50,873 nt of DNA, filler included, from Chloroflexota bacterium (GCA_043754535.1; 3 parts of 3 records of this genome joined end to end with filler, not necessarily neighbours in it); one strand, 5' to 3'; counted from the whole stretch's first letter, positions 1 through 8,522 are shown. Notes: generated by a model from the letters alone, not told the origin. Program-made: numbers and translations.

Positions 1-363
1 CACGTCTGCTTCACCAACGACCTGCAACCGCGCGCCGTCAACCCCGACGGCAGCCTCAAGAGCGACGCGGACTGGCTGGAGGCCAAGACGCTGGTGCGCG
101 AGGGGGCGGCTATCGGCGCGAACAGCACGATTGTGGCTGGCATCGTGATCGGCAAGTGGGCGATGGTCGGCAGCGGCGCAGTCGTCACCCGCGACGTGCC
201 GGACTACGGCCTGGTCTACGGTAACCCCGCCCGACTGCACGGCTACGTCGGCGCAGGCGGTCGCAAGCTACAGCTAGCCGAAGGCCCGGATGCCGACGGC
301 ATGGCCGTCTACCGCAGCGAAGACGGCTCGGAGGAGTTGCGGCTGCCTTTTGTTGAGGGGTGA
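1..363 (+). CDS. Hexapeptide-repeat sugar N-acetyltransferase (WbpD/WlbB-like), 5'-truncated
   Basis: Frame is open from base 1: HVCFTNDLQPRAVNPDG...GAAIGANSTIVAGIVIGKWAMVGSGAVVTRDVPDYGLVYGNPAR. These are left-handed beta-helix repeats with the FTND..PR and GNPAR motifs. A DegT aminotransferase lies downstream. Confidence 0.85.
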   Translation, partial: HVCFTNDLQPRAVNPDGSLKSDADWLEAKTLVREGAAIGANSTIVAGIVIGKWAMVGSGAVVTRDVPDYGLVYGNPARLHGYVGAGGRKLQLAEGPDADGMAVYRSEDGSEELRLPFVEG

Positions 364-419
364 GTAACGAATGATGGGTGATAAGTGTTGTAATTGTGGG
401 TTAGGAGGAGAGAAAAGTC

Positions 420-2033
420 ATGGATAGTGCGAAATACGATGAAGCAGCAATCATGAGGGATACTGCTGTAGGCTCTTTGATCAATGCAGTGACAACATTC
501 AATGCTAAAAACAACGGTTATCAAACTTCAACCATGATACTATTGAGCCATGCACTTGAAAGCCTCTTTAAGGCTTTCCTACTGCTCCCACCTGACCGAA
601 CAAGTGAGTTGCGTAAGTTCAAGTTCGCTAAGCTTGTTCTACTTTGCTCAGGAAGAGTGACGAGAACCGTTCCTAATACGCACTTTATTACAGAAGATGA
701 AGCTAAGATGTCGATGATAGTATACAAGGTGCGTAACTCCTACCAGCACGAAAGCTGTGACATTAGTGAGGAGCTTCTTTACGTTCTTGTGTTGGAAGTT
801 AGGGAAGTGTTCAAAAATGCTCTAGGGAAGTTTATAGGAGACAATGGTGAACAAATCAAGAGGGTTGGGCAAGTTGGGCAAGTTGAAAATGTCAAGCCAC
901 TAACCGTTGAAAATGTCAAGCCACTAACCTACGATCCTAAGATTTACGTGGAGAATGTGCTTAATAAAGATTACAAGGAAATAAAAGAACTAGTTGAGAA
1001 GGGTGTGGGAAGTGTTGAAGCAGCTATGAAAATGGAAGTTTTTGCATCCATTGAGTATGCTCTGTTCGAATGGGAGGAAGTGCAGACTTCACCAAGGAGA
1101 AAAGAAGAACGTATTCGCCAACAGCTGGTTGGTATACTTAATTTTATTAGCAAAGGCACGAAAACCTGTAAGGGTCTTCTAAATCAGCTAGAGCGGAAGG
1201 TAAGAGATGAGCCTAACTCTTCTAAGAGTGACTATCGGAATAGAGCTATTTCTGTTCTTAAGGAGATTAGAGACCGCGTTTCTGATCGTCTCAAGTCTGA
1301 ACATCCTAACCCAGAAGATACAAACATAGTTATAGCTGATGAGATCAGACAAGCCGTTGAAGAAGTCAAGGAAAGGGAGGGACTGGTAGTCTCGCACACT
1401 TCTACACCTACTGTCTCACCCCGTGCTAAAGTAAAAGATGCTTTGAACAGGTGTGTGGATGAAGATTGGACTAACATATTTCCTCGTATGTCATACCTAA
1501 CCAACAGATACGAGTTTGGCATTGACTTCGACCTCACAGAGATAATCAAGATAAGCATAATCACCAGACCAATCGAACATATCTACAGACCACTGGATAT
1601 AGCACACAAGCTAGCTGAAAGACTTAGCTTCCCAGTCAAGGTAGAGAACGTTAATTGGATAGCTATACTAAAGAAGCTACATGAAAATCCAGACGGAATA
1701 TACATTAGAAAGGTGCAAATCGGCGGGCAAGAACACATTCTATACTCTGGACAGGCTTACTCGAAGTTCCTCGAATATGCAAGGAGTCCGGGTGTGCCTA
1801 AATACGCCCCAAAACGCTTGGCAGAGGCTTTGTCCGAAACCCTGGGTTACACAGTCATGATACGGGACATCAACCCTATAGCCCTTAAACTAGAGTCGCA
1901 AGGTGAAGTGTGCCGAGTTCGTGTCCCAAGAAATACAGGCAAGGGAACAGACCCTAAGTACTATCATCAAGCCTATGATGATTTCCTCAAATACTTGACA
2001 GAACATGGACTACCGACCACTAAGCCAAACTAA
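420..2033 (+). CDS. AT-rich HEPN/DUF3644-like protein with duplicated C-terminal domain (putative RNase toxin/defence protein)
   Basis: 537-aa ORF with AGGAGG RBS at 403-408. N-terminus AVTTFN...ILLSHALESLFKA plus RNSYQH (R-x4-H) resembles HEPN/DUF3644. GC is about 40% in spot counts versus over 60% in flanks. Confidence 0.65.
   Translation: MDSAKYDEAAIMRDTAVGSLINAVTTFNAKNNGYQTSTMILLSHALESLFKAFLLLPPDRTSELRKFKFAKLVLLCSGRVTRTVPNTHFITEDEAKMSMIVYKVRNSYQHESCDISEELLYVLVLEVREVFKNALGKFIGDNGEQIKRVGQVGQVENVKPLTVENVKPLTYDPKIYVENVLNKDYKEIKELVEKGVGSVEAAMKMEVFASIEYALFEWEEVQTSPRRKEERIRQQLVGILNFISKGTKTCKGLLNQLERKVRDEPNSSKSDYRNRAISVLKEIRDRVSDRLKSEHPNPEDTNIVIADEIRQAVEEVKEREGLVVSHTSTPTVSPRAKVKDALNRCVDEDWTNIFPRMSYLTNRYEFGIDFDLTEIIKISIITRPIEHIYRPLDIAHKLAERLSFPVKVENVNWIAILKKLHENPDGIYIRKVQIGGQEHILYSGQAYSKFLEYARSPGVPKYAPKRLAEALSETLGYTVMIRDINPIALKLESQGEVCRVRVPRNTGKGTDPKYYHQAYDDFLKYLTEHGLPTTKPN
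864..929 (+). repeat. In-frame tandem repeats (2x 9 bp, then 2x 24 bp)
   Basis: GTTGGGCAA at 864-872 and 873-881. GTTGAAAATGTCAAGCCACTAACC at 882-905 and 906-929. Confidence 0.95.
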
Positions 2034-2045
2034 GGAGAAAACCGA

Positions 2046-3188
2046 ATGACCGCAGTATCAACCGCCACCCCGCTAGCCCCGACGCTGGCCCAACCGAAGC
2101 TGCCGATGATCAACATGGCGAAGCCGATCCTCGGTGAGGAGGAGAAAGCCGCCGTCATGCGCGTGCTAGACAGTGGCATCGTCGTGCAAGGGCCGATGGT
2201 CAAGGAGTTCGAGGACAAGTTCGCCGCCGCACATGAGGTCAAGCACGCCGCCGCCGTCAGCAATGGCACGCAAGGGCTGCACCTCGCCAACCTCGCGGTG
2301 GGAGTGCAGCCGGGCGACGAGGTGATCACCGCCGCCTTCACCTTCATTGCCTCGGCCAACTCCGTCCTCTACGCCAACGCCCGCCCAGTGTTCGTGGACA
2401 TTGACCCACAGACCTTCAACCTGGACGTGAGCCAGATCGAAGCGGCGATCACGCCGAAGACGAAGGCGATCCTGCCGATCAGTCTCTATGGGCTGCCCGC
2501 CAATATGCCTGAGATCAAGCGCATCGCCGACAAGCATGGGCTGGCGATCATCGAGGACGCTTGCCAGGCGGTGGGCGCACACATCAACGGCCAGTATTGT
2601 GGCTCCTGGGGGGTGGCTGTGTTCAGCCTCTACGCTACCAAGAACATCACCACCGCCGAGGGTGGCATCCTAGCTACCAACGACGATAGGGCGGACGACC
2701 TGATCCGCGTGCTGCGGGCGCAGGGGATGCGGAAGCGGTACTATCATGAGATGCTCGGCTACAACTACCGCATGACCGACATCCAGGGTGCGATTGGCTC
2801 AGCGCAGATGGATCGCCTGACCGACCTCAACGACCGCCGCCGCGCTAATGCCGCCTACTACGACGCGAACCTGAAGGGCGTAGAGACCCCGTTCGTGCCA
2901 GAGGGCTACCACCATGTCTACCACCAGTACACGATCAAGTTGCCGCAAGGGATGGATCGGGATGCGGCGCGGGCGCGGTTGGTCGAACTGGGTATTGGCA
3001 CCGAGGTCTACTACCCCGTGCCGCTCTACCGCCAGCAGTTCTACCTGGAGATGGGCTACGGCCAGGAACTACCTATCACCGAGGATATAACCCGCCGCTG
3101 CCTCAGCATCCCCGTCCACCCCTCCCTCACCCAGGAAGAAGTAGAGCGGGTGGCCGACGCGGTGAACACGGTCGTGGCACAAGGCTAA
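2046..3188 (+). CDS. DegT/DnrJ/EryC1/StrS PLP-dependent sugar aminotransferase (WbpE-like)
   Basis: VSNGTQGLHLA, IIEDACQA, FSLYATKNITTAEGG (PLP lysine), GYNYRM, CLSIPVHP. AAGGAG RBS overlaps the upstream stop. Confidence 0.93.
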   Translation: MTAVSTATPLAPTLAQPKLPMINMAKPILGEEEKAAVMRVLDSGIVVQGPMVKEFEDKFAAAHEVKHAAAVSNGTQGLHLANLAVGVQPGDEVITAAFTFIASANSVLYANARPVFVDIDPQTFNLDVSQIEAAITPKTKAILPISLYGLPANMPEIKRIADKHGLAIIEDACQAVGAHINGQYCGSWGVAVFSLYATKNITTAEGGILATNDDRADDLIRVLRAQGMRKRYYHEMLGYNYRMTDIQGAIGSAQMDRLTDLNDRRRANAAYYDANLKGVETPFVPEGYHHVYHQYTIKLPQGMDRDAARARLVELGIGTEVYYPVPLYRQQFYLEMGYGQELPITEDITRRCLSIPVHPSLTQEEVERVADAVNTVVAQG

Positions 3189-3199
3189 AGGAGAGAACG

Positions 3200-4165
3200 A
3201 TGGAGACACGTCAGCTAGGCAAGCGCGGGCCGCAGATCACCACTGTCGGCCTGGGCGCGTGGGCGATTGGTGGGGCCGATTGGTCGCACGGCTGGGGGCC
3301 GCAGGACGACGACGAGTCGGTGCGGGCGATCCAGGCGGCGATTGACAGCGGCGTAAACTGGGTGGACACCGCTGCCGTCTACGGCTTCGGCCACTCCGAG
3401 GAAGTAGTAGGCCGCGCGGTCAAGGGGCGGCGCGACCAGGTGATGATCTTCACCAAGTGCGGGCTGGAGGAGAACAAGGACAAGCCCGGCACCTCGTTCA
3501 CCAACCTCACTCCCGCCTTCATCCGCCAGGAGATCGAGCGCAGCCTGCGCAAGCTAGGGACAGACTACGTAGACCTCTACCAGTTTCACTGGCCCGACCG
3601 CGACACTGGCGCGCCGCTGGAAGATAGCTGGGCGACGATGCAGGAGCTAGTCAAGGAGGGCAAAGTACGCTACGTCGGGGTTTGCAACTTCGACAGCGAA
3701 CTGCTCAAGCAGTGTCTCGCGGTTGGGCCAGTAGACTCGCTGCAACCGCCCTACAGCCTCGTGCGCCGCGAGTACGAGACGGACGGCACGCTGGACTTCT
3801 GTCGCGAGAACGGCATTGGCGTGATCGTCTACAGCCCGATGGGTTCGGGCCTGCTAACTGGCAGGTTCGACATCAACAAGGTGGCGGACAACGACTGGCG
3901 CAAGAGCAGCCCGCGCTTCCAGGAGCCGAAGTTGAGCCAGGGCATCACCCTGGTGGAGCGCATCCGCCCCATTGCCGAGCGGCACGGTAAGACGGTCGGT
4001 CAGCTAGCCATTGCCTGGACGCTAGCTAACCCGGCGGTCACGGGCGCAATCGTCGGCGCGCGCAATGCAGAGCAGGCCCAGGAGAACAATGGGGCTGCCG
4101 ACTGGCAGCTAACCAGCGCAGAGATAAGCGAGATCGCGCAGGCGATCCAGGAGAGTAGCCACTAG
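3200..4165 (+). CDS. Aldo/keto reductase
   Basis: GLGAWAIGG, DTAAVYG, TKCG, DYVDLYQFHWPD, GKVRYVGVCN, YSPMGSGLLTG, AIVGAR. AAGGAG RBS. Confidence 0.95.
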   Translation: METRQLGKRGPQITTVGLGAWAIGGADWSHGWGPQDDDESVRAIQAAIDSGVNWVDTAAVYGFGHSEEVVGRAVKGRRDQVMIFTKCGLEENKDKPGTSFTNLTPAFIRQEIERSLRKLGTDYVDLYQFHWPDRDTGAPLEDSWATMQELVKEGKVRYVGVCNFDSELLKQCLAVGPVDSLQPPYSLVRREYETDGTLDFCRENGIGVIVYSPMGSGLLTGRFDINKVADNDWRKSSPRFQEPKLSQGITLVERIRPIAERHGKTVGQLAIAWTLANPAVTGAIVGARNAEQAQENNGAADWQLTSAEISEIAQAIQESSH

Positions 4166-4202
4166 CTTTCGCTCATGCTAGCCTCCGTCCACCAGAGCAA
4201 TC

Positions 4203-4211
4203 TGTTATAAT
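4203..4211 (+). promoter_or_regulatory. Extended -10 promoter, probably leaderless transcript
   Basis: TGTTATAAT ending 5 nt before ATG 4217. No SD. Confidence 0.6.
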
Positions 4212-4216
4212 AGCCC

Positions 4217-5341
4217 ATGCCCGACGAACCAACGCGCAAACCGAACAGGCATATATTCAGCAGCCAGCCGCTCGCTCCCGCTGGCAACGAAAGCGACCGC
4301 GGGCTAGTGGTTGTGGTTGGCCCCTGCGCCAGCGGCAAGTCCACCCTGGCCGAGCGGCTGCGCGGGCGGGGTTACACAGTGCGACCGGCAGCGCAGGAGC
4401 ATAGCTACGTACCGGGCCTCTGGCAGATGAGCGAACCAGACTTCCTGCTCTACCTGCACGCTGAACTAGGCACCGTCCGCGCCCGTCGCCACAATCCGCG
4501 CTGGCATGAGGCGGAGTGGCTGGCCCAGCAAGGTCGCCTTGCCCACGCCCGTACTCACGCCGACGCAGTGATCCTCACCGATAACCTGACCGCTGACGAG
4601 GTGGAGGCCGCCGCTATGCGGACGCTGGCTGCGCTAGCTGGGCGGGTGCAGCAGCGCAGGGCCGCTCGCCCTACCGTCGTTGGCGACCCACCGCTACGCC
4701 GCCGCTTCGAGGTGCGCCGGGCTATTGTTGACGACCTACCTACCCTGCGTGAACTGCTAGGCCGCCACTTTGACTTGCCGTTGGGGGCAGAAGCCGTGCC
4801 ACTAGAAGGCGACTACAGCCTGCCAGACCGGGCTGGCTGCCTGGTGGCGGTGGCGACCGATACACCCCGCGCCAGCCTCTACGCCCATTACCGGGGCGAG
4901 ATCATCGCTGCGCTCACCTATGGGCCAGACGGTCACCTCTGGGCAAGGAACGACGAACCAGAGGTGATCGAGGTCAACGAGCCGCGCCTGCGCGAGGTGG
5001 GCTTCAACCGCCGTGCCGTCCTCACTCGTCTACTGCGCGCCGTGCCGAAGGCGGTGGTGGCCGAGGTCAAGCGGCTGCGTCACACCGCCGACGCGACCAG
5101 CCCAGCAGTGCTGGCCGAGTTCAAGGCAGGCGGCTACCAGTTGGCCCGCCACACCATCACCCTCAGCGATGCCGACCTCAGCCAGTTCGTCACCATCACC
5201 GCTGGGGACGACTCCAGCGGGCTGCTGGCATATGAGCAACGCGGCTTGCAGGTAGTCAGCGAAGCAGATGTGTACGAGTTGCCTATACATCAGGGGGGCT
5301 TCTCTCTCTCAGAGTACCTGCGTCAACAAGAGGCCAGCTAG
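4217..5341 (+). CDS. P-loop NMP-kinase-like domain fused to a GNAT-like domain
   Basis: Walker A VVVVGPCASGKST. The C-terminal half starts VRRAIVDDLPTLRELL and ends with GNAT-like GLLAYEQRGLQV. Confidence 0.6.
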   Translation: MPDEPTRKPNRHIFSSQPLAPAGNESDRGLVVVVGPCASGKSTLAERLRGRGYTVRPAAQEHSYVPGLWQMSEPDFLLYLHAELGTVRARRHNPRWHEAEWLAQQGRLAHARTHADAVILTDNLTADEVEAAAMRTLAALAGRVQQRRAARPTVVGDPPLRRRFEVRRAIVDDLPTLRELLGRHFDLPLGAEAVPLEGDYSLPDRAGCLVAVATDTPRASLYAHYRGEIIAALTYGPDGHLWARNDEPEVIEVNEPRLREVGFNRRAVLTRLLRAVPKAVVAEVKRLRHTADATSPAVLAEFKAGGYQLARHTITLSDADLSQFVTITAGDDSSGLLAYEQRGLQVVSEADVYELPIHQGGFSLSEYLRQQEAS

Positions 5342-5381
5342 CGGGCGGCTTGTCCAGGGGATAGCGGACACAAGGAGGCTG

Positions 5382-6674
5382 ATGGAGCAGATAGCAAAGA
5401 TAGAGCGGCGGTGGCAGCTAGCGATCATGTTGCTGGTGGCTGGGCTGCTGGCTGGCGCGAGCTTCTTCTGGTATCTAGCGGGAGCCTACCACGCCGAGAA
5501 CAACGTGGTCTACCACGAGTTTGCCTTCCCCAACTTCCGCTTCACCAACATCATGACTATGTACGTCAACCACCGACTTGAGCGATATGACGGCCCTAGC
5601 TTTATCTTTACTGGCACTGGCATTGAGTATCCCGCGCTGCTCTCGATGATGATCCGCGCCCTCGCCAGCGTCGGCAACCCGCTAGCCTACTACTGGCTGA
5701 ACCTGCTAGTCGTCTTGCCCGCCACGCTGCTTTGCACCTGGCTGATCGCCCGCTGGCCGGGGGGGAGGCCCTGGCTGTTCGCGGCCTCACCGCTGCTGTT
5801 TCTCTACACCTTCTTCAACTGGGATGTGATCCCCATTGCCCTCAGCGTCGGCAGTCTGTTGCTGCTGCGCGAGAGCCTGCGTCGCCCAGACGTGGGTCGC
5901 GCCTTCAACCTGGGGCTAGAGATCGGCGGATTCGCGCTGCTTGCCATCGGTATCTGCTTCAAGCTATTCCCCATCGTCTTCCTTGGTGCCGCCCTCATTG
6001 ACCGCCTGCGACGCAGGCAGTGGCTGTCTATCGGGCTGGCGGTTGGCACGGTGGGCCTGATCCTGGTAGCGATCAATCTCCCACTGGCCCTCGCCAACTA
6101 TAAGAGTTGGGACTATTTCCTCTGGATCAACTCGCACCGGGCGACCGAGCCGAGCCTGTGGTACTGGCTGCTGGGCGGCATGGTCAAAGAGCAGGCAGAA
6201 GCCAGTGGTGTAACTGCGCTAGTCAACCGCTATAGCGCGCTGCTCGTCGTCGCGGGTGGCCTGGTCATCGCTGCCCTTGCCTTCTTCAGCCGCCGCCGAG
6301 AGGTTGCCATGCCCACCGCAGCCTGCCTGCTGCTCTGGTGGTTCGCCTTCAACAAGATTTACGACCCCAACTTCGACATCTGGGTGCTTGCCTTGCTTGC
6401 TCTGCTGGCGGCCCCTTTCTGGCTCTATGCCAGCTTCAGCGTATTCGCCTTCTTCAGTTGGGTTATCAGCTTCGAGTGGCAAACTCTCGCCAGCAGTGGT
6501 CAGCAAGAGCTTTTCCGCTGGCACTCTACCCACGCCATGTTCTACAACATCCTGCTGCGCTGGGTCTTCCTGTTCTTCCTGATCGGTTGGACGGCGCGCA
6601 AGGTGTGGCAGAGCGCAGGAGAGGAGCAACCCTCAGCGAAGGTCAGCAAGCTGACTGTGGTTGACCCAAGCTGA
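5382..6674 (+). CDS. GT-C fold membrane glycosyltransferase (GT87/DUF2029-like)
   Basis: IEYPAL, FNWDVIP, GICFKLFP and NKIYDPNF..W motifs, with many TM helices. AAGGAGG RBS before ATG 5382. Confidence 0.8.
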   Translation: MEQIAKIERRWQLAIMLLVAGLLAGASFFWYLAGAYHAENNVVYHEFAFPNFRFTNIMTMYVNHRLERYDGPSFIFTGTGIEYPALLSMMIRALASVGNPLAYYWLNLLVVLPATLLCTWLIARWPGGRPWLFAASPLLFLYTFFNWDVIPIALSVGSLLLLRESLRRPDVGRAFNLGLEIGGFALLAIGICFKLFPIVFLGAALIDRLRRRQWLSIGLAVGTVGLILVAINLPLALANYKSWDYFLWINSHRATEPSLWYWLLGGMVKEQAEASGVTALVNRYSALLVVAGGLVIAALAFFSRRREVAMPTAACLLLWWFAFNKIYDPNFDIWVLALLALLAAPFWLYASFSVFAFFSWVISFEWQTLASSGQQELFRWHSTHAMFYNILLRWVFLFFLIGWTARKVWQSAGEEQPSAKVSKLTVVDPS

Positions 6675-6696
6675 TCGACTGCCAGGCAGATAAGTA

Positions 6697-6724
6697 GAGG
6701 GGTAGGCTTCCAGGCCCACCCCTC
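6697..6724. terminator. Hairpin between convergent genes
   Basis: GAGGGGTAGGC-TTCCAG-GCCCACCCCTC imperfect stem, no strong U-tract. Confidence 0.5.
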
Positions 6725-6749
6725 CTTATCCACTGCACTCTCCTCTAGC

Positions 6750-7592
6750 TTACTCTACGTAGAAGGCGGTGCCGACTACGCCAGGGCCGGTGTGGGTGCT
6801 AATCACCGGGCCAACCTCGAACTCAACCAATTCGGCTAGCTGCACCTTCGGCTTGAGGTCGCTAGCGATAGCCTCGATCTCTGGTTGGTTGCCTGCGTAG
6901 CCGAGCGAAATGTGGGCGGGGCGACCGCCGCAACGTTCGACGATCAACTCTACCAGCTTCTCGTTCGCCTTCTTCTTGGTGCGAATCTGCTGCAAGCGTT
7001 CCAGCCCGCCATCCTTCAGTTGCAGCATTGGCTTGACGTTGAGCATCCCACCGAGGAAGGCTTGCGCTCCACCGATACGCCCACCCTTGTGTAGGTACTC
7101 TAGGGTGTCCACCACCAGCAAAACCTGCATCTTGCCCACCATCCCTTCAACCATCGCCACTATCTGCTCATGATCTTGGCCTGCTGCGGCTGCCTCCGCT
7201 GCCCGGATCGCCATGAAACCGAGGCCCATGAAGGTAGAAAGCGAGTCGATCACCGTGATTTTATACTGAGGGTACATCCCTGCCGCCGTCAGCGCACTGG
7301 AGACGGTGCCGCTCAGTTTGGTGGAGATCAGCGGCACGATAATGCTGTCGTACTGCGCCCCCATCTCCTCAAAGGTCTGGGCGAAGTCGCCGACAGCTGG
7401 CTGTGAGGTCTTGGGTAGCTCCTTCGCGTGGGTCAGCCGCTCCAGATACTGGCTGCTGCTGATGTCCACCCCGTCACGGAAGCTCTCGTTGCCGATGTTG
7501 ATGCGGAGGGGAACCATGCGGATGTCGTACTTCTGCGCCATTTCGGGCGACAGCGAGGAGGTACTATCGGTAACAACGCCAATCTTTGCCAT
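6750..7592 (-). CDS. DegV family fatty-acid-binding protein (FakB-like)
   Basis: VVTDSTS, PKTSQP, ISTKLSGTVSSA, VIDS, LEYLHKGGRIG, LNVKP, STHTGPG. Confidence 0.95.
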   Translation of the reverse strand: MAKIGVVTDSTSSLSPEMAQKYDIRMVPLRINIGNESFRDGVDISSSQYLERLTHAKELPKTSQPAVGDFAQTFEEMGAQYDSIIVPLISTKLSGTVSSALTAAGMYPQYKITVIDSLSTFMGLGFMAIRAAEAAAAGQDHEQIVAMVEGMVGKMQVLLVVDTLEYLHKGGRIGGAQAFLGGMLNVKPMLQLKDGGLERLQQIRTKKKANEKLVELIVERCGGRPAHISLGYAGNQPEIEAIASDLKPKVQLAELVEFEVGPVISTHTGPGVVGTAFYVE

Positions 7593-7614
7593 TTTCGTCT
7601 TCTCCCAAAAGTTG

Positions 7615-7884
7615 TTAGCGGCTGATCAACAGGCTGATCAGCCAGAGGGCTGCCGTGCCGAGGGCGGCCAGCAAGAGGTAGCTGGCCCAACGGCGGCTGG
7701 TGGACAGGCTGGCGACTTGCAAGCCGTGCGCGAGGTGGGCCTCTGTGCCACCCTCCTTCAGCGCGAGGCTGAAATCATCATCGCGTTCGCCGTACTGTTG
7801 ACGCAGCCACCATTTGCGCGAACAGTAGAGGTAGCTCCCCAGTTCGCTTGCGCTAACCAGCCGCTCGTGCCGTTCGCGCTCCAC
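7615..7884 (-). CDS. Small protein: Cas4/PD-(D/E)XK-type N-terminal segment plus C-terminal TM helix
   Basis: VSASELGSYLYCSRKWW...GGTEAH followed by hydrophobic YLLLAALGTAALWLISLLI. GTG start overlaps the upstream TAG stop (TAGTG). Confidence 0.7.
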   Translation of the reverse strand: MERERHERLVSASELGSYLYCSRKWWLRQQYGERDDDFSLALKEGGTEAHLAHGLQVASLSTSRRWASYLLLAALGTAALWLISLLISR

Positions 7885-8522
7885 TACTGACCACCATTGC
7901 CACGCAGAGCCGACTCAAGCTCCTGTTGGCGCACAATCAGGGTGAGGTCGCCACGGGTGCGTTCCAGCACGCCGCGCACAAGGTCAGTGGTGCGACGCAA
8001 GCCATTGGTCAATGCGTCGGGGAAGTCGAGGGTGACAAGCAAGCTGTAGACCTCCTCCATCACATCGAGCAGCAACTCGCACTTCGCCAGTTGGCCGCCG
8101 TGCCGCACAATATCCAGGATGTAGCGGCGCAACTCGCCGGTCATCTCGCCCAGGCCGTTGAGGTAGGGGGCAGGCTCTACCCCCAAAGCGGTGTGGTCGG
8201 GCAGTGGATCGCCATGAATCGCGGCGTAGGTGAGATTAGCCTCGGCGTACTCCTTCTGCGCGTCCTGCACGTAGCCTGCCCAGTAGATGTCAGGGAAACT
8301 AGCCGCAAGCTGCTTGCTGCTGGCAACCATCGCCTGGGCCAGGGCCAGCACCCGCTGCGCCTCGCCAAACTCGCCTCGGTGAACAGCGCGGATCGCTAGC
8401 GAACAGTGGCGGATCAGCAGGCGCGACTCGGCTAGGGCGCGGTCACGGGCCTGGTTCTTGGCCTCCAACTCTGCCGCCAGTCGTTCGCCGATCTGCTGGA
8501 TCGCGCTGCCAGGTTCTACCAC
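7884..8522 (-). CDS. Translin/TRAX family protein (prokaryotic C3PO-like RNase)
   Basis: ARDRALAESRLLIRHCSLAIRAVHRG, QKEYAEA, YLNGLGEMTGELRRYILD, GLRRTTD. All-helical, 212 aa. Confidence 0.88.
   Translation of the reverse strand: MVEPGSAIQQIGERLAAELEAKNQARDRALAESRLLIRHCSLAIRAVHRGEFGEAQRVLALAQAMVASSKQLAASFPDIYWAGYVQDAQKEYAEANLTYAAIHGDPLPDHTALGVEPAPYLNGLGEMTGELRRYILDIVRHGGQLAKCELLLDVMEEVYSLLVTLDFPDALTNGLRRTTDLVRGVLERTRGDLTLIVRQQELESALRGNGGQ

Noticed and set aside
420..2033. Insertion sequence or transposase
   Set aside because: No DDE, HUH or recombinase motifs and no terminal inverted repeats seen.
7615..7884. CRISPR-Cas locus suggested by the Cas4-like motif
   Set aside because: No repeat-spacer array and no cas1, cas2 or effector genes anywhere in the window.
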